Part shown: piece after piece, positions 21,517-30,938 of the stretch
Layout of the letters: each line of letters opens with the position of its first letter
Position numbering within the stretch: the stretch's first letter is position 1
Source: Candidatus Omnitrophota bacterium
GTDB lineage: Bacteria; Omnitrophota; Gorgyraeia; B26-G9
Assembly (NCBI GenBank): GCA_043826565.1
Contig: JBDRPX010000015.1
Location: 3,317 to 67,316, forward strand
Direction: 5' to 3'
Length of the DNA stretch: 64,000 bases
Made by a program: the position numbers and the translations under genes
Notes under the pieces: generated by a model
Databases searched by the model: none
What the model saw: the letters and a program-made list of their open reading frames with translations, nothing else
Told to the model about the DNA's origin: nothing

Positions 21517-22860
21517 TTATTTTGATGAAACACGCTTTTTTAATTGATTATGTGGGATATAATAAAATTTCCTTCCTTTTTTAGTTTTTATTAAGAATTG
21601 TTTTTTAGTCAAATATAATAGGTCTCTTCTGGCCGCTTCATACGTTACACTATGATAATTTTGATGCGTGTTCATAGTATACTGCGCATTTGGATTATCC
21701 AATGCATGTTTCACGAGTGCCTTTTGCCGCTCATTCAATTCTGGGTATTTTTTAAGCATATAAGTTATTTGTTTGGATTCTTCCTGTTTTTTCGCAATAT
21801 ACTTAATAAAGGAGTTGATTGCCATCTCCACTACTCTCAGATTAAAACAGATAAAATACGTTAAATCCGAGTCATCCATTTCAGTATGCAAGAAAGCTCT
21901 TGCGTATTTAGCTGGAGCTTTTAAAAAAATTCTCGAAATCGGTAAAAATTGAAAAATCCAATATTTATTTTTCAACATATACCAATAAAATAGTGCTCTG
22001 GCTGTACGCCCATTACCATCCATGAAAGGATGTATGTATGATAAATAAAAATGTAAAATAATCGCCCTTATCACAGGGTGAGTAAACTTTTTACTAAAAG
22101 TGTCATTTGCATAATCACATAAATTTTTTATCATCCCGGGAATAGCTTCACTTGAAGGAGGTTCGTATAGTATTTGCCCCTCGTTATCACGCACACAAAT
22201 AGAATCGTCTGTAGGAATGCGAAAACGTCCACATGTAAGAGGATCATCCATGGTATCGTTTGTCATAGATTTATGTAATTCTAAAATTACTTTTTCCGAT
22301 AATGGTTGTTTTATCATATCTCTTATCATCATGATCGTTTGAAAATTATTATATATCATTTTCTCAGCATAGTTATTTGGTTTTCGCCCTGATCGTAACA
22401 TTTCTTTAGCAACTTTTCTTGTAGTCGCAGCCCCCTCAAGCCTACTAGATGCTATCGCTTCTTCCATTAAGGAATTTATAACGTATCTTTTCTCTTCTGA
22501 TTTATGAACTGAAGCATCCCCAACTAATATATGCCCACCAGCAAATTTATCCACAAAAGATAGCCGTTCTAATACCATATCCGGCAACCCATAAAAAAAT
22601 GAGTCATTTCCCTTTGTTAAAAAACAAGTTTTTCTTCTGTCTGCCTGCCTTCTTAGTTTTAAATATGACCAAACAACCTCAGGAGAAAATGATTCAGGCA
22701 TATTTAAATGTTTTAGCTTATCCCAATATATATATCCATGCCGCTGTTCCGCTGTTAAAATAAAATTATTAAGCAAATCGGTTTTTTTTCCTTCAAATAT
22801 TTGCTCCCAATTATCCTTTAGTAAAGAAGTCCACTCTGGTGTTTTTTCTGGAATTTTCAT
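21517..22860 (-). CDS. Fic family protein with C-terminal winged helix
   Basis: HPFMDGNGRTAR catalytic motif; SSRLEG inhibitory helix. Confidence 0.93.
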   Translation of the reverse strand: MKIPEKTPEWTSLLKDNWEQIFEGKKTDLLNNFILTAEQRHGYIYWDKLKHLNMPESFSPEVVWSYLKLRRQADRRKTCFLTKGNDSFFYGLPDMVLERLSFVDKFAGGHILVGDASVHKSEEKRYVINSLMEEAIASSRLEGAATTRKVAKEMLRSGRKPNNYAEKMIYNNFQTIMMIRDMIKQPLSEKVILELHKSMTNDTMDDPLTCGRFRIPTDDSICVRDNEGQILYEPPSSEAIPGMIKNLCDYANDTFSKKFTHPVIRAIILHFYLSYIHPFMDGNGRTARALFYWYMLKNKYWIFQFLPISRIFLKAPAKYARAFLHTEMDDSDLTYFICFNLRVVEMAINSFIKYIAKKQEESKQITYMLKKYPELNERQKALVKHALDNPNAQYTMNTHQNYHSVTYEAARRDLLYLTKKQFLIKTKKGRKFYYIPHNQLKKRVSSK

Positions 22861-22896
22861 TTTAGCTCCTTCTGTTATTACGTATTACTATTAAAA

Positions 22897-22925
22897 ATAG
22901 TACACCATTTCTATTAGCTTGTCAA
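22897..22925 (-). promoter_or_regulatory. Sigma70-type promoter of the fic gene
   Basis: TTGACA-17 nt-TACTAT with TG extension. Confidence 0.65.
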
Positions 22926-22931
22926 CCAAAT

Positions 22932-23155
22932 ACTACTATAGTAGTTAGTAGTAGTTAAGTAGTAGTTGGCATTTTATTTTTTTGCAACACGTTGAAAATA
23001 AATGTATTACACAACCTACTTTTACTGCCCAGCTTATTCATAAAAAATACACTAACTTTCTTTTACTGTTCAATGATTAATCTATGCAACAATTACCCCG
23101 CACCTAATACAACTAACATAAACGGTAACTACTATAGTAGTAGTTAGTAGTAGTT
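22932..23155. repeat. Two clusters of ACTACTATAGTAGT palindrome plus TAGTAGT repeats
   Basis: Palindrome at 22932-22945 and 23128-23141, each followed by TAGTAGTAGTT units. Confidence 0.75.
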
Positions 23156-23214
23156 GCGTAGTATTTGTGCTATCCGTTGATCTTGATTTTCGATTAAATG
23201 TAGGATTATTTGTC

Positions 23215-24174
23215 CTAAGTCATTAATATCTTCAGCCCAAATATCCCGCTTAGGAAAAGTAATATTGTTGAGGGTTCGGGGATAGGGTTAAGGAGAAAGG
23301 CTCTCCTTGTTGAATACTCATATTGCCCCCATCCAACTATTTGACCTTTGTTATTTATCGCATAAGCCTCTCTTAGATCCCACCATCCACTATCATAATC
23401 TAAAAAATCATTAAGATAAACAATCTTTCCGTCTTCCCAAAAAAATGCTTTATTGTGACATCGCCCAACAATCTGCCCGCTATTATTGATATCATAAGCT
23501 TCCCCTAGCACTCCTAATTCATCAAGAAATTCAATCTGCCCATTTTCCCATAAACACGGCCGGCCATGAGCCTGTCCCACCACTTGCCCAGCATCATTAA
23601 TCCCAAAGGCTTTATTTACGTTGTTAATTATTGAAAAATCACCGTTATCCCAAATAAATGCTTCTCCTGAAGATTCTCCGACAATTACTCCTTTTTCATT
23701 TATATCCCGCGCTTCACCCCATGTTTCATCCAAAACGGTAATATTACCATTTTCCCATAAACACGGATAGCTATCCTTAATTCCTACTATTTGTCCTGCA
23801 TCATTAATAGCGTAACTAAATATATTTTGAAGGGATGTCTTTGTTTTTGTTTTTAAATCAAATAACACTTCTCCCACAACTTGCCTTTTATTGTTAATAT
23901 CTGCTGCTGCCGGCATCGGAAGTGCCTGCAGTCTTCCTTCTTGCCAGACAAATCCTAGTTCTCCTCCATTCACTAAAATATCAAAACCCACTACCTCTCC
24001 ATTATCATTAATTCCTAAAGCTTGACTCCGCCGAAAATCAGAATCTGGGAAGGTAGGGTCATCAAAATGTCCCAAATCAATAATTTCATAATCAAAGGCA
24101 AAACAGGATTGTAAACAAAGAAAAAAACTAAAAGATAGGATGAACACCGATATGATTGTTTTTTTAAAAAACAT
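23215..24174 (-). CDS. PEP-CTERM exported protein with extracellular HAF-type repeats
   Basis: Repeated A.xINxxGQIVG units; C-term IPEPSTILLFLSG. Confidence 0.88.
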   Translation of the reverse strand: MFFKKTIISVFILSFSFFLCLQSCFAFDYEIIDLGHFDDPTFPDSDFRRSQALGINDNGEVVGFDILVNGGELGFVWQEGRLQALPMPAAADINNKRQVVGEVLFDLKTKTKTSLQNIFSYAINDAGQIVGIKDSYPCLWENGNITVLDETWGEARDINEKGVIVGESSGEAFIWDNGDFSIINNVNKAFGINDAGQVVGQAHGRPCLWENGQIEFLDELGVLGEAYDINNSGQIVGRCHNKAFFWEDGKIVYLNDFLDYDSGWWDLREAYAINNKGQIVGWGQYEYSTRRAFLLNPIPEPSTILLFLSGIFGLKILMT

Positions 24175-24226
24175 TTCAGACCTCTGAATATATCATACCG
24201 CCTGGTCGCTAAACACGCAAGAGTTG

Positions 24227-24290
24227 TTATTGCTTTTTTCTAAACCAGCACACCCCAAATATTCCGCTTAAGAAAAGTAATATTGTGGGT
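24227..24290 (-). pseudogene. Orphan PEP-CTERM tail remnant
   Basis: Translates PTILLFLSGIFGVCWFRKKQ*, DNA similar to 23236-23270. Confidence 0.65.
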
Positions 24291-24350
24291 AGATAAAATA
24301 AAATGGCGGATCCGCCTTGAGGCGAGATCTCGCCAAATTTTCCAAAAATT

Positions 24351-24440
24351 TGGCGGAGAGTGAAGGATTCGAACCTTCGGTCCGGTTGCCCGGACAACGG
24401 TTTTCGAGACCGCCACATTAAACCGCTCTGCCAACTCTCC
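24351..24440 (-). tRNA. tRNA-Ser(CGA)
   Basis: GGAGAGTTGGCAGAGCGG...CTCGAAA...long variable arm...GTTCGAATCC...CTCTCCGCCA, 90 nt, CCA encoded. Confidence 0.95.
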
Positions 24441-24464
24441 GCGAATAATCGTAGATTATGAGCG

Positions 24465-24497
24465 GATATCGAACTCTGTTTTATAGAGTGAGATATC
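24465..24497. repeat. tRNA-5'-linked hairpin repeat copy A
   Basis: GATATC-GA-ACTCT-loop-AGAGT-GA-GATATC. Confidence 0.8.
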
Positions 24498-24539
24498 TTT
24501 TTATTCTAATCTTAAAATTTGTCAGCTAAATCTAGCTTT

Positions 24540-24743
24540 TTATCTCGCCGATCTATAATTACCACATTTTTCCTTATGTATAAGCTTTAGCGGTTTTCTG
24601 TATCTTGTGTAACGACACTTAGTTGTCGTATTATGCTCTTTTATTCGCTTATCAACATCTAATGCTATGCCCACATACAGACTTTTATCCCTGCACTCTG
24701 CTATATAAACAAACCATTGTTTTTGAAATACCTGCTTGTCCAT
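24540..24743 (-). pseudogene. Truncated small GIY-YIG nuclease (YhbQ/YazA-like)
   Basis: WFVYIAEC..SLYVG..KRIKEHN; close paralog of 32959-33291 but stops before the conserved Glu helix because of a deletion. Confidence 0.8.
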
Positions 24744-24812
24744 AATCAATGAGTTTTTGGCTCTCACCCTGCTACACAGGGATTCGACCTCATTTGCATA
24801 AAACGCAAATGA

Positions 24813-24823
24813 CCAACTCTCCG
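24813..24823 (-). repeat. Duplicated 5' end of tRNA-Ser(CGA)
   Basis: CCAACTCTCCG identical to 24431-24441. Confidence 0.6.
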
Positions 24824-24846
24824 AGTTTTTACGCAGTAAAAACGAG

Positions 24847-24877
24847 GACTTCGAACCTGCCTTTCAGGTGAGAAGTC
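24847..24877. repeat. Hairpin repeat copy B
   Basis: GACTTC-GA-ACCTG-loop-CAGGT-GA-GAAGTC; a degenerate copy C lies at about 24924-24954. Confidence 0.8.
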
Positions 24878-24991
24878 TTTTATCCCTCTCGCTATGCTCG
24901 AGGTGATTTGTTTAACAGCACAAATCAGAACCCGGTTTTTCAGAGTGAGATATCTTCTCTCAGTTACTTTGGTTAAGATTCCTCGCTTCGC

Positions 24992-26161
24992 TCACTTCAT
25001 TATTGAAGAAAACAATTCATCAATTGCTTTGTAACTAATAACTTTTGTGTCGGAACGAGACTGGTTATCCTTTCCGCCATAGACTAGATAACCCGTCTTA
25101 CTTTTCGGATTAAGCTTATAATAATAATTCAGTCCCTTAAAAAAATCAGTGTTTATTGTTTTGCCTGATTTTATTTCCAGAGGAATAACTTTTGTTCCGC
25201 AATCTATTAATAAATCCACCTCATTACCGATATTATCACGAAAATAATAAATATTACTGGTATTCCCGGAATTAAAAAGAGCTTTCAAAATTTCAATAAC
25301 AATAAATGTCTCAAATAACGCGCCTTTTAACGGATGAGCGTCAATATGAGAAAGATTTTTTATGTCCAGCAAATATGCCGCAAGGCCCGGATCTGTAAAA
25401 TATAATTTTGGAGATTTAATAAGTCTCTTTCTAAAATTATTATAATGAGGTTTAAGCAGGTATACTATATAACTTGCCTCCAAAACACTCAGCCAGCTTT
25501 TCGCGGTATTATGATTTATCCCGCAATCATTAGCCAAGCCGGAAATATTAAGAATTTGGCCGGTACGTGCCGCGCATAGTTTCAAAAAAATCTCAAATTT
25601 CGAAAGATCTTTTATATTAATTAATGTCCGGACATCTCTTTCTAAATAAGTACTAACGTAAAAAGATAATGCCTCGGTAGGATTAAGTTTTTTATCATGA
25701 ATCCGCGGATAAAACCCCTTATATAATATCTCATTCACGGGAACAGATGTTTTTTTATATATCTCACTGTATGAAAACGGCAGTAATGTCGCCAAGGCTG
25801 TTCTACCAGCTAAAGATTGACTTATCGTGTTCATAACCTGGAAATTCTGACTGCCCGTAAGAATAAAAAGTCCCGGCTTATTTTTTTCATCTACAATTGT
25901 TTGAATATAAGAAGTTAAGTCCGGAACTCTTTGAATCTCATCAATTATCGCGCCCTTTTTGAAGCAGTCATGTAAAAATCCTTTGGGATCATTCCGCGCA
26001 TAATTACGCGTGTCGATATCCTCCAAAGAAAAGTACTGCAGTTTAGGAAATAACATTCTGCATAAAGTAGTTTTTCCGGACTGGCGAGGACCGGTAATCG
26101 TGACTACCGGATAATGTTTAAAATACGATAAGATTTTGGTCGCGATATTTCTTTCTATCAT
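24992..26161 (-). CDS. AAA_14/DUF4143 ATP-binding protein
   Basis: GPRQSGKTT, IIDEIQ, LTGS, PKLYFTDPG, GALFE, EVD..., EIK. Confidence 0.92.
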   Translation of the reverse strand: MIERNIATKILSYFKHYPVVTITGPRQSGKTTLCRMLFPKLQYFSLEDIDTRNYARNDPKGFLHDCFKKGAIIDEIQRVPDLTSYIQTIVDEKNKPGLFILTGSQNFQVMNTISQSLAGRTALATLLPFSYSEIYKKTSVPVNEILYKGFYPRIHDKKLNPTEALSFYVSTYLERDVRTLINIKDLSKFEIFLKLCAARTGQILNISGLANDCGINHNTAKSWLSVLEASYIVYLLKPHYNNFRKRLIKSPKLYFTDPGLAAYLLDIKNLSHIDAHPLKGALFETFIVIEILKALFNSGNTSNIYYFRDNIGNEVDLLIDCGTKVIPLEIKSGKTINTDFFKGLNYYYKLNPKSKTGYLVYGGKDNQSRSDTKVISYKAIDELFSSIMK

Positions 26162-26247
26162 AATTATAGTATATCATATCTTTACATATTGTCAATCCAA
26201 ACATAAATATGTAAAGATGCCCGGAAAAAGCAAATTGGCAAGATATT

Positions 26248-26610
26248 TCAGATAAGTTTTTTTATTTCTTCGATCACTGATTCACCCCGATTACTTTTAG
26301 TTGTAAAAGCATCCGGATGCGAAGGGAAAATTTTAAACGGCGAAGCCCCTTCAACTTTATCGGTCATAATAATTACCGGGGTTTTTAATTTTTTTGTCTG
26401 CTTAACAAACCGGCATATTTTATGCCCGTCTATATCCGCAAGCATTACATCTGTAACAATCAGATCCGGAGAATGTGTTTCAATCTTTTCTAATCCGGAC
26501 TGGCCGCTTGTCGCGGTAATGACTTCATAACCTTCCCCAGATAACTTATCTCTTAAAACAGCAAGGATCAGCTCATCATCATCAATAACCAGGATTTTTT
26601 TCTTTTGCAT
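26248..26610 (-). CDS. Single-domain response regulator
   Basis: ILVIDDD, DLIVTDVML..IDG. Confidence 0.88.
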   Translation of the reverse strand: MQKKKILVIDDDELILAVLRDKLSGEGYEVITATSGQSGLEKIETHSPDLIVTDVMLADIDGHKICRFVKQTKKLKTPVIIMTDKVEGASPFKIFPSHPDAFTTKSNRGESVIEEIKKLI

Positions 26611-26698
26611 AGTATTGTCTTATAATTATTGTTTACAAACAATTCAATGTATCATTATATAACATTATATGCCTTGCTGTGCTTAAAAACAAGTAGTT

Positions 26699-27538
26699 TT
26701 AAGAAATTTTCGATATACCGCAAACAGGACATGCCTGCATTTTTAAAGGTTTTTCCAGACTGCTAAGACGCAGAAGAGCTTCATCCTGCAAGATTTCTTG
26801 GGTAGGGCCGTCAGCAGTAATCCGGCCCTGATGCAGAACTATTGTTCTCTGGCAAACATCCATCGCCATATCTAAATCATGCGTCGCAATAATTTTTGTA
26901 TGCTGAAATTTTTTTAACAGCTCGATCAGGCCGCGCCGTGATTTTGGATCCAGGCTTGAAGTCGGCTCATCCATAACCAGAATATCCGGTGACATTGCCA
27001 AAACAGTCGCGATCGCTACCGATCTTTTTTCTCCCTGGGAAAGCTTGTAAGGCGGCCGTTTGCTTAGATGCTGTGCCTGTACTGTTTCCAGCGCCTGGCT
27101 AACTGCTTTTTCTACTTCTTCCCGGGTAAAACCAAGATTTAGCGGGCCAAACGCAACATCATCAAAGACTGTGGGCATGAATAATTGATCATCCGAATTT
27201 TGAAATACCATACCCACGCTCCGGCGTACTGCATCAAGATTCTTGATTGTAATAACATGTTCGCCAATGCGCACTTCTCCCTGCGAAGGAGATAAATAAC
27301 CATTTAACTGAAGCAAAAGAGTTGACTTGCCCGCACCATTTTCTCCGACCACAGCCACCGACTCTCCATGCAATATTCGAAAAGAAACTCCGTCTAAGCC
27401 CGCAGTCCCGTCCGGATATTTATAGTGAAGATCGCGCGCTTCCACAATATGATGACTCATTTCCATGCTCCTATTAAAAGTTCTCCTATTTTCATCGGAA
27501 TGTTTATGCCTCTGAATAACGCGAATACCCCGATCCAC
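26699..27538 (-). CDS. cbiO: ECF Ni/Co transporter ATPase (true start probably near 27460)
   Basis: GENGAGKST, FQNSDDQLF, LSQGEK, DEPT, ATHD. Confidence 0.9.
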   Translation of the reverse strand: MDRGIRVIQRHKHSDENRRTFNRSMEMSHHIVEARDLHYKYPDGTAGLDGVSFRILHGESVAVVGENGAGKSTLLLQLNGYLSPSQGEVRIGEHVITIKNLDAVRRSVGMVFQNSDDQLFMPTVFDDVAFGPLNLGFTREEVEKAVSQALETVQAQHLSKRPPYKLSQGEKRSVAIATVLAMSPDILVMDEPTSSLDPKSRRGLIELLKKFQHTKIIATHDLDMAMDVCQRTIVLHQGRITADGPTQEILQDEALLRLSSLEKPLKMQACPVCGISKIS

Positions 27539-28269
27539 GCAAGCGTAAAAATAATTTCCTGCCGGCGGATTTTCATTGTTTTAAGCATCCGGACATTGCC
27601 GTCAAACCCCCGGCAGCACATAGCCAGATAAATTCTCTCGGCTCTGTCTAAAGTCCGCAAAAGCAAATGGCCGATCAAAGGAATGAAAGTTTTAAACCCC
27701 ATGACCCCGGATTTAAATGTCCTCATCGCCCTGGCCCGCACCATGCGCTCAGCCTCATCGGTCAGAACAAATATATACCGGTAAAAAAACAAGAGCTGTA
27801 CCACAAAATATTTAGGCACCCCAAGTTTTAGCAATGCCTGAGCAACCGCGTTGAATCCGGTAAGAGAAACCAAGATCAGCGCGGCTGTGACCGTTAAAAG
27901 ACAGCGTATAAATATGGATAAAAAGGATATCCAGCCTCCGGAAACGCCTATGGGGCCTAACTGCAAAAGTATCTCTTGATCAATCAGCGGATTAAACATT
28001 CCGACTAATATCGCAAAAGGAGACGCCCATAATACTTTCTTAAATAAATATAACCGCGGCAGACGAGCGAAAGTTATTAATATTACCGGATAGATAAAGA
28101 ACGGCGTCAACGCGGAAAGCGCATACTTATCAAAAGATACCACGCTCAAAATAAAAACCAACGTAGTAATTAATTTAGCCCGCGGATCCAAACGATGCAA
28201 AAAGCTGTTCCCGGAAGCTAGGGTATCCATCTGTCCAATATCAAAATAATTTTTACCGATATTATTCAT
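27457..28269 (-). CDS. cbiQ: ECF Ni/Co transporter T component
   Basis: HRLDPRAKL, RAMR, RAERIYLAM..RGF. Confidence 0.9.
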   Translation of the reverse strand: MNNIGKNYFDIGQMDTLASGNSFLHRLDPRAKLITTLVFILSVVSFDKYALSALTPFFIYPVILITFARLPRLYLFKKVLWASPFAILVGMFNPLIDQEILLQLGPIGVSGGWISFLSIFIRCLLTVTAALILVSLTGFNAVAQALLKLGVPKYFVVQLLFFYRYIFVLTDEAERMVRARAMRTFKSGVMGFKTFIPLIGHLLLRTLDRAERIYLAMCCRGFDGNVRMLKTMKIRRQEIIFTLAWIGVFALFRGINIPMKIGELLIGAWK

Positions 28270-28283
28270 AAACCCGATCTTTT

Positions 28284-29321
28284 TTAAGCTAAGCTTTTTC
28301 TTTGGCTTTGCAATCCCCAGCCAATACCGGCCGCCAGCAAAAGCGTTAATGCTCCTCCAATCAAACCGGACAGGGAAGTTCCCGCGTCAATTACCGGCCA
28401 TGATTGTTTTTGTTCTTGTTCCGGATTGGCAATATCCTCGGCTTGTTTAAATCCATAGTCCGGGAAAAAAGCCGTCTTCTCCTGCACTGAGGATAAAGAA
28501 ACATGCATTGCCTTACTGCTTTCCAGCTCTTCCTGTCCGGAAGTTTTAAACATCGCCCACTCCAGTCCATCCGGATTAGATGACGCAAACCAACTTAAAA
28601 TCCCTCCGGTAAATACCGCGGCAATTAGCAGCCCCGTTAAAACTTTCCGTGTATTACCGGTTTCGGCTGGTTTCTTGTGATTAGCTGTTTTTAAAATTTC
28701 CGGACGCGCGTTCCAAATAAACATAACCACCGCGGCAGTAACCAGGCCCTCCACAATACCGATAGCCAGATGAATCGGCTGCATTAAAACAACAAATGTC
28801 TTAAACGGCAGTTCCGATATTCCCGAGCCCAGGGTTTCCAATACAACGCTAAAAGCTCCCAGCTGCAGGCCAATGATCGAGGCAATAACCGCAGCGATCA
28901 TAATTTTTCCCCGGGCAGAACTGTCCCCGGCAATCTTGCGATAAAGAAACGGATACGCGATAAAACAAGAAAAAAATCCCATATTAAAAATATTACATCC
29001 TAAGGCTAAAAGTCCGCCGTCGGCAAAAAACAGCGCCTGGATTATGAGAACCGATGCCATTACCAAAAAAGCCGCGTAGGGCCCCAGAAGAATCGCCAAG
29101 ATCATTCCTCCGCCCAAATGTCCGCTGGACCCGGTAGCCGGAATACTGAAATTAATCATCTGCGCGGCAAAGATAAACGCTCCCAATACTCCCATTAAGG
29201 GAATTTTGCGCTCATCTGCTTCTTCCTTAACTTTTTTCGCGCTAAACCCGATAAACCCCGCAGTAGCCGCCCACATCCCCACGCCCACTGCCGGAGAAAT
29301 CAAAGCATCTGCCATATGCAT
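28284..29321 (-). CDS. cbiM: ECF Ni/Co S component, CbiM/NikM fused to a PDGLE (NikN) domain
   Basis: N-term MHMAD, GSSGH, ASSNPDGLE. Confidence 0.92.
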   Translation of the reverse strand: MHMADALISPAVGVGMWAATAGFIGFSAKKVKEEADERKIPLMGVLGAFIFAAQMINFSIPATGSSGHLGGGMILAILLGPYAAFLVMASVLIIQALFFADGGLLALGCNIFNMGFFSCFIAYPFLYRKIAGDSSARGKIMIAAVIASIIGLQLGAFSVVLETLGSGISELPFKTFVVLMQPIHLAIGIVEGLVTAAVVMFIWNARPEILKTANHKKPAETGNTRKVLTGLLIAAVFTGGILSWFASSNPDGLEWAMFKTSGQEELESSKAMHVSLSSVQEKTAFFPDYGFKQAEDIANPEQEQKQSWPVIDAGTSLSGLIGGALTLLLAAGIGWGLQSQRKSLA

Positions 29322-29402
29322 AATTGTCTCCTTTCTTCTAATTTAATCTCGCCATGCTTTCCGCCATAAAGCATGGCGGACAAGTGTGGCTGGTGTTTAT
29401 TT

Positions 29403-30617
29403 TTAAAAATCAATCTGTGTCCGGATTCCGCCAACCAAGATTGTAGATGTTCCATTAACCGCATCCTTACCATAAGGATTCGTGATCATCTGAATATCCG
29501 GAGTTACGGACAAATTTTCATTTACCCGGTAATTATAATAAAGCTCTGCGTGTCCTTCGGTTTTAGCCTGTAAATTCCCGGCTTTTTTATATTCATCAGA
29601 AGGATATATAAACCCATAGGCAAAACCCAAGACATCTTCGTCCCTTCCCCATAAAGTTCCGTTAAACTGCATTCCCGCACTGTAAGAACTTTCCAAAGAA
29701 AAGGTTGTTGTATCCAAAGCCGCCTCATCCTGCTGCCAGCCGCAGCGTAAAAATATTCCGACATCATCGGTGATTTCCTGGTCAAAGCTTACACCAAAAC
29801 CGCTACCCTCTTCTTTTATCTTAGCAGCAGCATTCCACTTGGTATGCGGTGCGTCATTGTACCAATAATACACGCGGTAATTCCCCGCACGGCCCATTAA
29901 TTCCGGTTTTAAATTAGCCTGAACTGCCCACCAAAGAGAATCTGCGATCTGATTAAAATCAGCATCACCGTCAGCAGTTATAGCTTCTATTTCCACGACA
30001 TCTGCTGCCAATACTCCCAGCCTAATCCCGATAGTATTGTCCGGGAACTCAATTACCGGAGAGCGCTTGAACATACTGCCCAAAAACTGCGCGCATTCAT
30101 CGCCCGCGTATTCATTAGCATCAATATAACTACTGCTATCAATCTTACCAAAAGTCAAAATCGCGGTATCATCAAAATTCTGCTCCCAGAATAATTCCGA
30201 AACCATCATAACCCCAGCGGCAGGGTTCGCGTCCTGATTGACATTAGAAAATAATTCCAGATCATCTGTAACGCCATTGCCTTCGCCGGTTTCTAAATGC
30301 AAAAACGCTTTGGCTCCATTATCAAATTCTTTTTCTAATTCAATATCCGCGGAATAGCTCGCGTCCGTAGTCTCATTTCCTTTATACCCGATATTATTCG
30401 CGGTAATTCCTGAACCATTGGCATTACTTGTTCCCTGAATAACCATTGTCGCGCCTACGCCCAGGTTTAATCCGTCCAATAAATTGGACCCTTCCAGCTT
30501 TTCTTCCAAAGCCGCAACCCTTGATTCTAAATCGTTCGCAGCTTGCGCGCAGCCACAGCTGGCCGCTAGTAACAGCCCCGCGGCAAAAACAACACCCCAC
30601 ACTTTACTAACCGGCAT
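29403..30617 (-). CDS. OprB-like outer-membrane porin
   Basis: Signal peptide, short coiled coil, ELYYNY...VTPDIQ, terminal F. Confidence 0.85.
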   Translation of the reverse strand: MPVSKVWGVVFAAGLLLAASCGCAQAANDLESRVAALEEKLEGSNLLDGLNLGVGATMVIQGTSNANGSGITANNIGYKGNETTDASYSADIELEKEFDNGAKAFLHLETGEGNGVTDDLELFSNVNQDANPAAGVMMVSELFWEQNFDDTAILTFGKIDSSSYIDANEYAGDECAQFLGSMFKRSPVIEFPDNTIGIRLGVLAADVVEIEAITADGDADFNQIADSLWWAVQANLKPELMGRAGNYRVYYWYNDAPHTKWNAAAKIKEEGSGFGVSFDQEITDDVGIFLRCGWQQDEAALDTTTFSLESSYSAGMQFNGTLWGRDEDVLGFAYGFIYPSDEYKKAGNLQAKTEGHAELYYNYRVNENLSVTPDIQMITNPYGKDAVNGTSTILVGGIRTQIDF

Positions 30618-30710
30618 TACTCTCCTCCTTTAATACTCGCATCTTCCGGAGGCCCGGTCAGAATACAAAAATTTTCAATCAACATCTACGGGTGTAGTCT
30701 GTTACTATTA

Positions 30711-30866
30711 TCATGGAAACCGTTTTTTCTCTCTTTTCTCAATCTGAACCACCTTTGAATCATGCACGGTAATAACCACTTCTCCGTATTTGATCTTTTT
30801 TAAAGAGAGTACGATTTCGTCGATCACATCCTGGCTTATTTTCTGATTGGAATTTAAATCTTTCAT
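30711..30866 (-). CDS. YezD/DUF2292 small protein, 51 aa
   Basis: Manual translation ...[27 protein letters not shown]; absent from the ORF track. Confidence 0.8.
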   Translation of the reverse strand: MKDLNSNQKISQDVIDEIVLSLKKIKYGEVVITVHDSKVVQIEKREKKRFP

Positions 30867-30871
30867 TTATA

Positions 30872-30898
30872 GTAGCACGTTTTTTATAATAGTAACAC
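30872..30898 (-). promoter_or_regulatory. Putative NikR-type operator overlapping the -10 element
   Basis: GTGTTAC-13 nt-GTGCTAC; TTGACA at 30911-30916. Confidence 0.6.
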
Positions 30899-30938
30899 GA
30901 AAGAGTGAAATGTCAAGAATTTTTACTAGGCGGGTTAT

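Noticed and set aside
24227-24434. ORFs 24227-24418 and 24240-24434
   Set aside because: They are translations of the tRNA-Ser gene; only the PEP-CTERM tail is retained as a remnant
30618-30710. Cobalamin or NiCo riboswitch upstream of the ECF operon
   Set aside because: The leader is short and I could not find B12-box or NiCo consensus elements
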